Shown piece after piece: positions 16,149 to 25,700 of a DNA stretch of 31,427 nucleotides. The stretch's first letter is position 1. Each line of letters starts with the position of its first letter. A model generated the notes under the pieces. That model was not told where the DNA came from, ran no database searches, and saw only the letters and a program-made list of their open reading frames with translations. The position numbers and the translations under genes were made by a program. This DNA is from an uncultured virus (IMG/VR IMGVR_UViG_3300021091_000002) (lineage: Duplodnaviria; Heunggongvirae; Uroviricota; Caudoviricetes): the IMG/VR virus record IMGVR_UViG_3300021091_000002. One strand, written 5' to 3'.

Positions 16149-18236
16149 ATGCCGCAACGCAACAACTACGTAGGGGGTCACATGGCCCCCTACGTAGTAT
16201 CTTCAATTGAAGAGCTTCACGAAATTGTTCAACACATTCAAAGTGCTGGCGCTTTTGCCTTTGACGTAGAAACACGCGGCAACGTAGAACGCCACAGTGA
16301 TGTTATTGCGTGGATCGAACAAGAGTGGAAGCAGCACGAAAGCACCCTTAAAACAACATCTGAAGATGTGTTGGCTAGGTCTAAAGAGGCCATCGTTACT
16401 AGGTGGCAAAACACTTTAGCTCTAGATCCAATGAGAAACGAAGTCTTTTGGATTGGTTTAGCAACAGAGGGTAAGTCATGGGCCATACCCATGGGCCACC
16501 CAAATGGTGAAATACTCGTACCAGAAGAACGTGGTGACGGTACAACCATACCACCCCCTGGTTACCGCAAAGTTTTAGCAAATGGCAAAGAGTCTGAGGC
16601 AAAAGCTAGGTACTACATACCGGCTGAGTACTCAGCAGCTCCTGAGCAACTTTCACGTACTGACGTGTTTAAAGTCTTGGAACCAATATTCTTTAGTGAT
16701 GTTGTCAAGGTTGGTCACAACATCAAGTTTGACGCCAGATCAATTCGCAAGTACTACAACGACCGCTTACCAGACGGACCGTTCATCGACACGATGATTA
16801 TACAGCACATTCTCAATGAGAACCTTTCTGAGTACAGCCTTGACAAACTAATTGCCCACAATTTTGGTGGCTTTAACCCCTATCACATGGACGGAAAGCT
16901 TGGCGCAATAATCACTCAGGTGCCCTTCTCCAAGGCGGTTAGGTACGTGCACCTAGACGTAAAGTGGACGTGGCATCTATACAAAGTCTTGTGTCAAAAG
17001 ATTCAAAATAAAGAGCAGTTGCTGTCTTGCCTTCGACAAGACATGGAAGTTATCCGTGTATTGATGGACATGGAAGACAACGGGATACCTGTAGACCATC
17101 GATCTATGACTAAGCTTGGCAAAGAGTTAGACACCCATCTAAATGGGTTACTACTTGGGATGATGGATTACGCACCCCCCGGGTTTAACCCAGACAGTAC
17201 AAAGCACAAACAACAACTTCTGTTTAGTAAGAAGGACGAGGGTGGTCTTGGGCTGAAGCCAACCAAATACACCGACAAGGGTTCAGCATCGGTTGATGAA
17301 GAAGCTCTTCGCAATCTTGAAAGCAAACATCCTGTAGTACCACTGCTCATAGATTGGGCAGAAACTAAAAAGGTTAAGTCAACCTATGTTGATGGTCTAC
17401 TTACCAAACTATACAAAGGTTCTCTGCACCCATCGTTCCACCTGCATAGAACAGCTACTGGAAGACTTTCCTCCAGCAACCCCAATCTGCAGAACATTCC
17501 AAGAGACAGTAGCGTCCGTGGTTTATTCGTAGCTAACCCCGGCCATGTACTGCTAGTCGCTGACTACGACCAGATCGAGCTCCGTGTTATGTGTATGTTC
17601 TCCGAAGACAAAAAGATGAGCGAGTTTTTCTTGAACAACGAAGACATCCACGCTGGCGCTGCCGCCCTGATTCTAGGTAAGGATGTATCTGAGGTTACCT
17701 CAGAAGAACGCCAGCTTGGTAAGGGTGTTAACTTCCTTACGGCCTATGGTGGTGGCCCACAAAAGTTGGCAAGAACCACAGGAGTTGACGTAGAGCACGC
17801 ACGCTCCGTCATCGATCAGTACTACAAGCAGTTCTCTGGCATCACTAAATGGAAAAAGAGTGTTATTGAAGCAGGTATCAAGAATGGGTACGTTGAAACC
17901 CTCTCAGGAAGACGACGTAGATTGCCAGATCTGCGCTCTGATGACAGCATGTTGAAGGCCAGAGCAGAGAGACAGGCAGTCAACGCGGTGGTACAAGGTT
18001 CTGCTGCTGACATATGCAAGAAAGCCATGATTGATGTAAACAATATACTAACTGGGACAGGCTCAAAGATCCTAGTACAGGTACATGACGAACTAGTGGC
18101 TATGGTTCCAGATCAGATAGTTGACGAGTTACAGCAAAAGGTTGTGTTATCTATGGGAGATGGTAACATTATTAATGGTATTCCGTTAAAAGTTTCATGC
18201 CACTCAGCGTATAATTGGTCGGAGGCGAAAGGGTGA
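16149..18236 (+). CDS. polA: Family A DNA polymerase with 3'-5' exonuclease, no 5'-3' nuclease domain
   Basis: FDVET, GHNIKFD, TATGRLSSSNPNLQNIP, ADYDQIELR, RQLGKGVNF..AYG, VQGSAAD, QVHDE. Confidence 0.96.
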   Translation: MPQRNNYVGGHMAPYVVSSIEELHEIVQHIQSAGAFAFDVETRGNVERHSDVIAWIEQEWKQHESTLKTTSEDVLARSKEAIVTRWQNTLALDPMRNEVFWIGLATEGKSWAIPMGHPNGEILVPEERGDGTTIPPPGYRKVLANGKESEAKARYYIPAEYSAAPEQLSRTDVFKVLEPIFFSDVVKVGHNIKFDARSIRKYYNDRLPDGPFIDTMIIQHILNENLSEYSLDKLIAHNFGGFNPYHMDGKLGAIITQVPFSKAVRYVHLDVKWTWHLYKVLCQKIQNKEQLLSCLRQDMEVIRVLMDMEDNGIPVDHRSMTKLGKELDTHLNGLLLGMMDYAPPGFNPDSTKHKQQLLFSKKDEGGLGLKPTKYTDKGSASVDEEALRNLESKHPVVPLLIDWAETKKVKSTYVDGLLTKLYKGSLHPSFHLHRTATGRLSSSNPNLQNIPRDSSVRGLFVANPGHVLLVADYDQIELRVMCMFSEDKKMSEFFLNNEDIHAGAAALILGKDVSEVTSEERQLGKGVNFLTAYGGGPQKLARTTGVDVEHARSVIDQYYKQFSGITKWKKSVIEAGIKNGYVETLSGRRRRLPDLRSDDSMLKARAERQAVNAVVQGSAADICKKAMIDVNNILTGTGSKILVQVHDELVAMVPDQIVDELQQKVVLSMGDGNIINGIPLKVSCHSAYNWSEAKG

Positions 18237-18691
18237 TGATGGCGTCAAGTCCAGTTGAAGAGCGTAACTTTTACCTCACCCTATCTATACTTGAAGGCCA
18301 GAAGCTGGCGCATGCTGCAGGGTTCGCTGTACCATCTGCAGAAGTCCAAGAACACGAAATCATGGACATAATGCAAAAATGGTTTACTTTATCTCACGCA
18401 GGTATTCTAGACAGCGTAAAAGAATGCGCAAATTGGATGGTAAACGTCCTGCGGGATACCGCCGGTCTAGACGAAGACACCATTGTTTCTACAGAGAATA
18501 TTATTACAGCCTTTGGTATAGCAGCTGTAGCTCACCTAATTGACCAGGAGATGCTGAGCATTGTTGAACCTGAAAAGTATGACTCATCTTTAGTTGAAAC
18601 TAATATTGTGTCGCTGCTAGAATTCATGTTATCATCAGCACTGTCAGATGACGACTGCGACTTAGAGGAGGGTGACGAGGATGAGCAGTGA
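18236..18691 (+). CDS. Acidic hypothetical protein
   Basis: TGATG coupling to the polymerase stop; 151 aa. Confidence 0.7.
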   Translation: MMASSPVEERNFYLTLSILEGQKLAHAAGFAVPSAEVQEHEIMDIMQKWFTLSHAGILDSVKECANWMVNVLRDTAGLDEDTIVSTENIITAFGIAAVAHLIDQEMLSIVEPEKYDSSLVETNIVSLLEFMLSSALSDDDCDLEEGDEDEQ

Positions 18692-19103
18692 TTGGTGGGC
18701 TAAGAAGCTTAGTGGTAATCCAACCACTTCTGCTAGACCCACAACTTCATCTATGCCACCAACTACAATCCCTATACGCCTACCGTCTGGGCTGACTCAC
18801 TCTAATCCTCAGCCATACAAAGACACCCCACTACCTCAACCTGTATCAAACGAACCCATTACCAGAGGGCCAGGATGGTTGGGTGAAGCACTAAGACAAC
18901 CGCATCTATGGGAAGGTCGAGGAGAAGCTGCTAAGAAGCAGGGAAATCTAACCTGCCCAGAGTGTGGTAGTGGCAACGTGTTTATACGCACAGCTAAAGG
19001 TGGAAACACAACAATCAACGGTAACAGCCCAGCACCGCGATGCTTTGAATGCGGTTGGAATGGTATGTACGACCAAGCCTCCCAAGCTTCTTGGGTAGTA
19101 TAA
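18681..19103 (+). CDS. Zinc-ribbon hypothetical protein
   Basis: CPECGSGN...RCFECGW and a Pro/Thr-rich N-terminal half. Confidence 0.75.
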   Translation: MSSDWWAKKLSGNPTTSARPTTSSMPPTTIPIRLPSGLTHSNPQPYKDTPLPQPVSNEPITRGPGWLGEALRQPHLWEGRGEAAKKQGNLTCPECGSGNVFIRTAKGGNTTINGNSPAPRCFECGWNGMYDQASQASWVV

Positions 19104-19117
19104 CAACAAGGAAAACA

Positions 19118-20137
19118 ATGAAAAGTGAAACTGGCCGTGAGAGCCTTGAATCCATTATTTCTTCTATTAACAAGAAATATGGAGATCAAGTTATTGTCCA
19201 AGGAAACAAAGTAAAAGAAGAAGTTCCACGTATTACAACAGGCGTACTAGCTTTTGACCTTATGCTTGGAGGCGGGTGGCCGATGAACCAATGGTCTGAA
19301 ATCATTGGTGACGAGTCATCAGGAAAAACAGCCTTGGCTTACAAGACCATAGCTGCTAACCAAGCTGCTGATCCAGAGTGGGTGGCTATGTGGATTGCCG
19401 CCGAAGAGTTTGTTCCAGACTACGCCAAGGCAATTGGTGTAGACCTCGACCGACTTTGGGTAGTTGAGACCAACGTAATGGAACAGGTCTACGACCTGAT
19501 TATTCGTGCAATGGAGAATAGGGCAGTTGACTGTATTGTCCTAGATTCACTTCCGGCACTAGTCCCAGGTGATGAAGCTGAGAAGATGATGGATGAGTTC
19601 TCGATGGGTCTAGGAGCCAGACTGACTGGAAAGTTTTTCCGTAAGAGCAGTAAGGCGCAAAAGAGGTCGTTGATTGACGAGGATCGCGGGTGCACTGGTT
19701 TGATCATCAACCAATGGCGAGAGAAGATTGGCGTGATGTATGGAGACCCACGCACCACACCAGGCGGTAAAGCCAAGAACTTTCATTACTTTGTAAGACT
19801 AGAAGTAAAACGAGATGAGTGGTTGAAGTTTAAGGATGAGCCAGTAGGTCAGACCATTAAAGCCAGAACTCTAAAGAATAAAACGTACAGACCACAGCAG
19901 GTTGCTGTTGTTGACTTCTACTTTGCCAATTGCCAACCATTCAAACTAGGTGATTTTGATGTGATCAAAGACATTGTTAACATCTGTATTGCAACAGACA
20001 TAATCACAAGAGCTGGAGCCTACTACAACTACAAAGACCAAAAGTGGCAAGGAAAAGATGCCCTGTTGCTTGGGGTTCGCGAAGACTTGGAACTACAATC
20101 TGAACTCAAAGAGAAAGCAAAGGAGTATTTCCTATGA
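19118..20137 (+). CDS. recA: RecA-family recombinase
   Basis: TTGVLAFDLMLGGG, GDESSGKT, IVLDSLPALVP, INQWREKIGVMYGDPRTTPGGKA, AGAYYNY. Confidence 0.95.
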   Translation: MKSETGRESLESIISSINKKYGDQVIVQGNKVKEEVPRITTGVLAFDLMLGGGWPMNQWSEIIGDESSGKTALAYKTIAANQAADPEWVAMWIAAEEFVPDYAKAIGVDLDRLWVVETNVMEQVYDLIIRAMENRAVDCIVLDSLPALVPGDEAEKMMDEFSMGLGARLTGKFFRKSSKAQKRSLIDEDRGCTGLIINQWREKIGVMYGDPRTTPGGKAKNFHYFVRLEVKRDEWLKFKDEPVGQTIKARTLKNKTYRPQQVAVVDFYFANCQPFKLGDFDVIKDIVNICIATDIITRAGAYYNYKDQKWQGKDALLLGVREDLELQSELKEKAKEYFL

Positions 20138-20487
20138 TATTCGGTAAAGAAAACAGAGCAGATCAACAGCGTGAAACTATGAGAGCTTCCAAGAAGCAGG
20201 AGAAGCGTTCTGCCAAGATGTATAGAGGCAGTAGGAACGCAGGATCTGGGTCTGGTTGGCTTAGAAAGAACGACGTGCGCACTCACGAGCTTCTTATTGA
20301 GAACAAGCTTACAAACAATCTAAAGTCTTACTCAATTAAGGCTAGTGAGTTGGCTGACCTTACTCAACGCGGTGTCCTTGAAGATCGGCTTCCCGTACTT
20401 CAGTTTGACCTTGGGGGCAGACACTACGTAATTCTTAACGAGGCTGACTTCCAAATGTTGGTAGGAGTAGACGGGGATCGCTTGTGA
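20134..20487 (+). CDS. PD-(D/E)XK nuclease, Holliday-junction resolvase-like
   Basis: SKKQEKR...AGSGS...KNDV...LIENK..KSYSIK. Confidence 0.7.
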   Translation: MIFGKENRADQQRETMRASKKQEKRSAKMYRGSRNAGSGSGWLRKNDVRTHELLIENKLTNNLKSYSIKASELADLTQRGVLEDRLPVLQFDLGGRHYVILNEADFQMLVGVDGDRL

Positions 20488-21353
20488 CAGAGGCGCCTTG
20501 GTACGCCAAGACTTACAAAGAATCAATAAAGTCCAAAGGTCGTATACTACCAGTAATCCAAGAGCGTCTTGTGATAAACAACCGCGAGAGAAACAAACAC
20601 AGAGACACTGACCATTTGCACCCTTCTGAGCTTTCAAAAAAAGATTGGTGTGCTAGAGCCGCGTGGTATAAAATTAACAAGTATCCTGCCTTAGATGAGT
20701 CATATAATATGACTAGGTTGAACGTGTTTGAGGAGGGCCATGCGATTCATGCAAAGTGGCAAAAGTGGATGCACCAAGCTGGGATACTTGGTGGCAAATG
20801 GGAATGTGCGTCGTGTTCTGAAGTATGGTACGGGGTTTCTCCTAGCCATTGCCACCAGTGCAATTCTAGTAATGTCATTTATCGCGAGGTACCTGTACGT
20901 GACGATGGGTTTCGCATACTCGGTCACGCGGATGGAGAGTTGGTTGATGGAGAAGGCAAAGCTCTTATTGAAATAAAGAGCGTTGGTCTGGGCACTGTTC
21001 GGTGGGATCACCCAAACTTGTACAAAGCATACTCAAGTGGCGAGCTAACACTTGATGGTCTTTGGAAAAACATAAAAAAGCCATTTGCTTCCCATGTCCG
21101 CCAGGGCCACATCTACATGCACTGTACAGGCCACGACAAGATGGTGTTTATCTATGAGTGGAAGCCCACCCAGGAGGTAAAAGAGTTTACCGTTATCTTT
21201 CAAAAAGAAATAATTCAACCAATTCTTGACAACTGCAGCAAAGTTATCGCACACTTAGAGGACAACACTGAGCCCGAACACCCAGTTTGGGCAACTGATA
21301 GTAAAGCCACCGGTTGTAAATACTGCCCATACCAGAAAGTTTGTTGGAATTGA
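20484..21353 (+). CDS. Cas4/RecB-like PD-(D/E)XK exonuclease
   Basis: LHPSEL..WCAR, GHAIH, GHADG...IEIKS, Q..IYM, C-terminal CKYCPYQKVC; extra internal CxxC/CxxC. Confidence 0.88.
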   Translation: MTEAPWYAKTYKESIKSKGRILPVIQERLVINNRERNKHRDTDHLHPSELSKKDWCARAAWYKINKYPALDESYNMTRLNVFEEGHAIHAKWQKWMHQAGILGGKWECASCSEVWYGVSPSHCHQCNSSNVIYREVPVRDDGFRILGHADGELVDGEGKALIEIKSVGLGTVRWDHPNLYKAYSSGELTLDGLWKNIKKPFASHVRQGHIYMHCTGHDKMVFIYEWKPTQEVKEFTVIFQKEIIQPILDNCSKVIAHLEDNTEPEHPVWATDSKATGCKYCPYQKVCWN

Positions 21354-21844
21354 GAGTAATACCAAAAGACTACGGAGACCCAGCTCTCTCTAAATTTAAT
21401 AGTAAGTTCTCTCTGCCTGCTAGACCGTCGGATAATCCACCAGAACTACCGGACCACCTAGACGACCTAGACGACAGCGACCTCATGGACTTGTATACAG
21501 AGTATATGTCTTGGGTATCTTACACAAAAGGACAGCTAGTGCAAGCTGAAATTGATGAAGATAGGGATGGCAACCTCTGTAGAATCACAGAAGCAAAAGT
21601 ACTGATTGAGCAGTGGGGGTCTGACGTTAAAGGTGATCGGGTAACTATTGCTAAGGCACGTCGAGATACAGACCACAGGGTTGTTGCTCAGCAAGAGAAG
21701 TACCAAGTTTCTAGAGCTTATCGTAAACTAGTTGAAGCTGTATTTGAATCCTGTGAACGCGGGGCCCAGTTGCTTTCTCGAGAGTTAAGTCGTAGGATAG
21801 GTCTGCACGGAAAAGACCAACGTACATCAAGATTTGGAGCATGA
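21341..21844 (+). CDS. Helical hypothetical protein (possible recombination mediator)
   Basis: Helical/coiled-coil composition ending LSRELSRR; within the recombination cluster. The start is uncertain. Confidence 0.6.
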   Translation: MLELRVIPKDYGDPALSKFNSKFSLPARPSDNPPELPDHLDDLDDSDLMDLYTEYMSWVSYTKGQLVQAEIDEDRDGNLCRITEAKVLIEQWGSDVKGDRVTIAKARRDTDHRVVAQQEKYQVSRAYRKLVEAVFESCERGAQLLSRELSRRIGLHGKDQRTSRFGA

Positions 21845-21845
21845 C

Positions 21846-22025
21846 ATGTCAGACCCCTACGGATACCAGGCAGCCAAGGAAGCCAACCAGGCACTAAATC
21901 GCCAGCGTGAGGCTTACCGGTCCACAACAGAGCCCCTGTTGAAGGTCAACGATACTCTTGTTGAGATCCTTAATGAACTTCGTAAGATCAGCAAGGCGGT
22001 GAGCGGTGATGTCAAACAGGGCTAA
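21846..22025 (+). CDS. Small coiled-coil hypothetical protein
   Basis: ATG 21846 with GGAG RBS. Confidence 0.6.
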   Translation: MSDPYGYQAAKEANQALNRQREAYRSTTEPLLKVNDTLVEILNELRKISKAVSGDVKQG

Positions 22026-22374
22026 ACAAAAAGGTACATCGTTTGAAACATCTATCAAACGTTACCTCAACGCTAACGGCTTTCTAAAAGCAGCCCGTAC
22101 CGTACTCAAAGGTAGTGAGGACACTGGGGATATCAACGGCATCAGAAACCACATTGCCGAAAGAGAGCTTGCGATACAGTGTAAAAACCAACGTAAGCTA
22201 AACCTAAGTGGTTGGTTAGACGCAACTGTTGAGCAAGCGTCTAAACTTGGCAAGTCAATGCCAGCTTTAGTTGTTAAGAGGGCTGGTAAAGGTGAAAAAG
22301 CACTAGGTGATACCTACGTTGTGATGCGGTTAGATGACTTTGTTACTCTGCTGAAAGAGGGCGGTTACTCGTAA
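22009..22374 (+). CDS. Holliday-junction resolvase, Hjc-like PD-(D/E)XK
   Basis: MSNRAKQKGTSFE...DTGDI...IQCKN...W...A...PALVVKR...YVVMRLDDF. Confidence 0.85.
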   Translation: MSNRAKQKGTSFETSIKRYLNANGFLKAARTVLKGSEDTGDINGIRNHIAERELAIQCKNQRKLNLSGWLDATVEQASKLGKSMPALVVKRAGKGEKALGDTYVVMRLDDFVTLLKEGGYS

Positions 22375-22418
22375 AATTATAGGGTTGATAACAACCTTTT
22401 AAACATACGGAGTAAACT

Positions 22419-22700
22419 ATGTCTCAAGAACCGGTAGACGATATTGTAAAAGTATCAGGTGGAAGCAACCCACAAAGCGTAGGGTCAATTGTAGCCAGGT
22501 CAGTGATTGCTGGACAGTCCCCTAAAATGCGCGCAATAGGAGCCAGCGCTGTTAACCAAGCAGTTAAAGCTTGCGCTATTGCTAGAGGATTCGTGGCACC
22601 AAGAGGGGTCGATTTGTGTTTCATCATAGGGTTTGATGACATACCCGGAGACAACGGAGAGACAATTTCCGCCATCTCTTTTAAGCCTGTTACTAGGTAA
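22419..22700 (+). CDS. spoVS: SpoVS-family protein
   Basis: VKVSGGSNPQSV...RAIGASAVNQAVKACAIARGFVAPRGVDL...F...ISAISF matches the SpoVS consensus; GGAG RBS. Confidence 0.93.
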   Translation: MSQEPVDDIVKVSGGSNPQSVGSIVARSVIAGQSPKMRAIGASAVNQAVKACAIARGFVAPRGVDLCFIIGFDDIPGDNGETISAISFKPVTR

Positions 22701-22717
22701 TGCACACCACTATAAAG

Positions 22718-22726
22718 TGGTAACAT
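22718..22726 (+). promoter_or_regulatory. Putative extended -10 promoter (TGgTAACAT) for the giant gene
   Basis: GTGGTAACAT about 40 nt upstream of ATG 22766; resembles the dps element. Confidence 0.4.
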
Positions 22727-22765
22727 TGTTGATATTTCCCATTGATGTACTGGAGTTAACTGACA

Positions 22766-25700
22766 ATGGCAAAGAACCCCAAGAAAAAAATTGAAGGTTT
22801 AATTTCTAAGTCAATTGAAGAAGCAAGAGAAGATGATGCTAGAGTAAACTCTAAAAAAGATGACGCTCCAAAATCGGACGACGCTTCAACACGCTCACGC
22901 CCAGACAAGCCACTGCTCACAGGTAGTCCTAAAAAGCCAATTCCTCCTCCACCTCCACCCAAGGGGCCAAAGCAGGTAACTAGCACTGAGCTAACTGACG
23001 AAGATAGAGAAATAATTGAAGAGACACTAAAGTTACCTAAAGAAAAGGCTCCAGGTGAGGTACAAAGTCCTTATGATCAACGTCTAGCGGAACTTCCTCC
23101 GCACGTTAGGCGTGAGATTATGAAAGAAGACCCAGGTAGAAACCGGGCTAGAGACCGAGCTCGTAAAGCTGCTGAAAGAAACACCCCAGAAGATAAAAAG
23201 CGCAAAGGTCACACCACTGGAGAAACTCGTAAAGGTGACATAAAACGAGCACGAAATAAAAAAACAAACGAAGAACGATCTCGTGAACTATCCGAAAAAG
23301 CTAAAGCTAAGGCTTTAAAATTCTCCACTGAAGCCGAAATCGCGGATATGAAATACGACAAAGCCGCTGCTTATGATGCTGAACTTCTTGCACCAGGAAG
23401 CCCAGGGGCGCCTGACTTGCCCTCGGCGCTACAAGGCATCCCAGAATTCCTACGGACGTACACCACTGGTGGGTTGCCTGGTATTTCCTACGACCCTAAG
23501 AGCCCCTACGCAGATAAACACGGATACGTTAGCTCAAGGGATGGGAAAACCCCAACAGAACAGGATCTAGTAGCTCACATAATATTCTTGGGTGGTATAC
23601 CCGGAGTTGATGATTTAGATGACGTAGAGTTGATGAGTAATAAAGGCCCGGTTAACATAGCAGAGCTGTACCAGGCAACCGGTGACATTGACTCTGAGGG
23701 TATGCCCGAGTTTGATCTAGGGGTAATGAACCCCGTAGATCTAACTGTTACAGACGCTGCAAGACAGGCTGCATCTAAGGCTAGCTCTGCCAAATCAGAG
23801 ATGGTTCAAGACACAGAGAGACGTCGTGCTGAGGCTGAATTTGCCGAATCTAACGAAGCAGTTTATGGGGTAGGACCAACCACAGCCAGGCAAAGATTGG
23901 ACCAGGACATAGAGGTTGACCCAGATCTTGCACAATCTAGACTTGGCCCAGATGGTACACCGTCTAATCGTGGTCCTATACCGCAAGCTACTACTAGAGA
24001 ACAACGCGAGGCCGCTAGATTAGGGTATACACGTAGGTTGCTCACTAGAGCGCTTAACTACCGTGATAAATTTCGCGACATGGAAAAAAGTGACAACACT
24101 TTTGATACATTTTCATCCACAGAGCCGCAGAGAGGCTCTTATGGAAGAGGAAAAGAAGGGGATAGAGCCTATCAACAAGACCTTGTTCTTTATAATCTTT
24201 CCTTTGGAAAAAAGACTCAACTGCAAGAGTCTATGGAGCGTGAACAACGCAACGTTAGGATAAAAGCGGCAAAAGAGCACCTAACAGCTGTTGCAGAAAA
24301 CGACCCAACGGTCGCTTACTTTTTAAAAAATGTTGGTCATGAAAGAGTCGCAGAATCATTACTATCTCCTGGGTCTTACACAGAAACGTTTGGGCCAGAT
24401 GGTTTTACGTTTGAAGGGGAAGAACAAGGACTAACACACTCAGAATTCCAAGACGCGTTTGGGTTTGACAAAGACGTAAGAAATGAATTTATTCGTCAAA
24501 CTAGCACAGCTTATCCAAATTCAGGTAGGCAGACAACTGAAGTTCACGACCCAGTAACAGGTCAAGTAATCTCTGTCATTACGCGACCTGGGCTTCGTAA
24601 AGATGTTGTTGAAGACCAACTGTCTAAATTTGGCGGTTCGGTTAGATCTCGACCCGCTGATGCACGAGGGGGTCCTGCATACCTTTATCGTGACACCGCC
24701 CCAGGTCCAAAGGACTACCTATACAGCCATATATTTGATCTACAAGAGTCACTTCCAAAACAACCAGCCGGTACTGTTCTCCCTTCCCAAAAGAGAGAGG
24801 GTGACCCCGGATCAAAAAGAATTACCGGTAGTGGTCTAACTAGATCCCAGCTACAGGTTGTTAATGAGTTCCGTAAGCAGGGTAAATTAGGAAGTATTAG
24901 ATCAAACGAAATATTCAGCGAAGGGGTGCAAGACCCAACCTTAAACCCGCTTTTATTTAAGGTAGACCCAGTTACAAAAGTTGAAACAGCTAAAGATGCA
25001 CATGGTAAATTTACTAGATCCGCTGCTAAAAGAGTCAAACAAAGAGCCTTAGAATCTGGAACCCTAGCACCCAGAGCTTTAGTATACGAAACACGCTTAA
25101 GTGACCAGACAGAAGACGTACAAGTACCTGTTATTGAAAATGACGAAACGGGTAATCCAACAGTAACTGGAATGCGTACCGAAAAGAGACGCAAAACAGT
25201 TCAATCTCCGGTTATGGAAGACTACCAAGAAGTTGACGATAAAGGAAAACTAAAGTTTCAAAGAAAACAAAAAGTTGATGATGCTGGAAACCCAGTGTAC
25301 GATGAGAACAACAAACCAGTAATGAAAAACATACCCGTTATGGGTAAGAGGCAAAAAACTGCTCCTGTTGGAGTTGACGCTTCTGGAATAAGACTTGGAG
25401 TATTCCAAAGACAACCAAAAACAGTAACGGGTGGTAAAGACCTAGAAACCGGAGAACCTTTAACAGAAACTGCACTTGGTGTTTCTCAGCAAATCACTGG
25501 GTATGGTGAAGTAGCTGCACGTGCAATTCAACAAGCAGCTAATCGTGGGACCCTTTCACCAGAGCTTAGGGTGCAGTTTGGTTTGACATCTACTAAAGAT
25601 GCAGAAAAACTCATACGTACCGCAGAAAGACTTGAAGAAAAAGATGCAACTGATGAGGAATACGCAAAAGCATTAGGAAAGTCTGCAGAAGCTTTTAATT

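Noticed and set aside
16149..20137. Inteins or introns in polA and recA
   Set aside because: ORFs are continuous and of normal length, with no splice-junction or homing-endonuclease motifs.
20484..21353. Cas4-like gene as evidence of a CRISPR-Cas system
   Set aside because: No cas1/cas2 or array is present. Solo Cas4-like nucleases are common in phage recombination modules.
22381..22400. GGTTG-ATAA-CAACC hairpin upstream of spoVS as a terminator
   Set aside because: The stem is short and the T-run brief; too weak to call.
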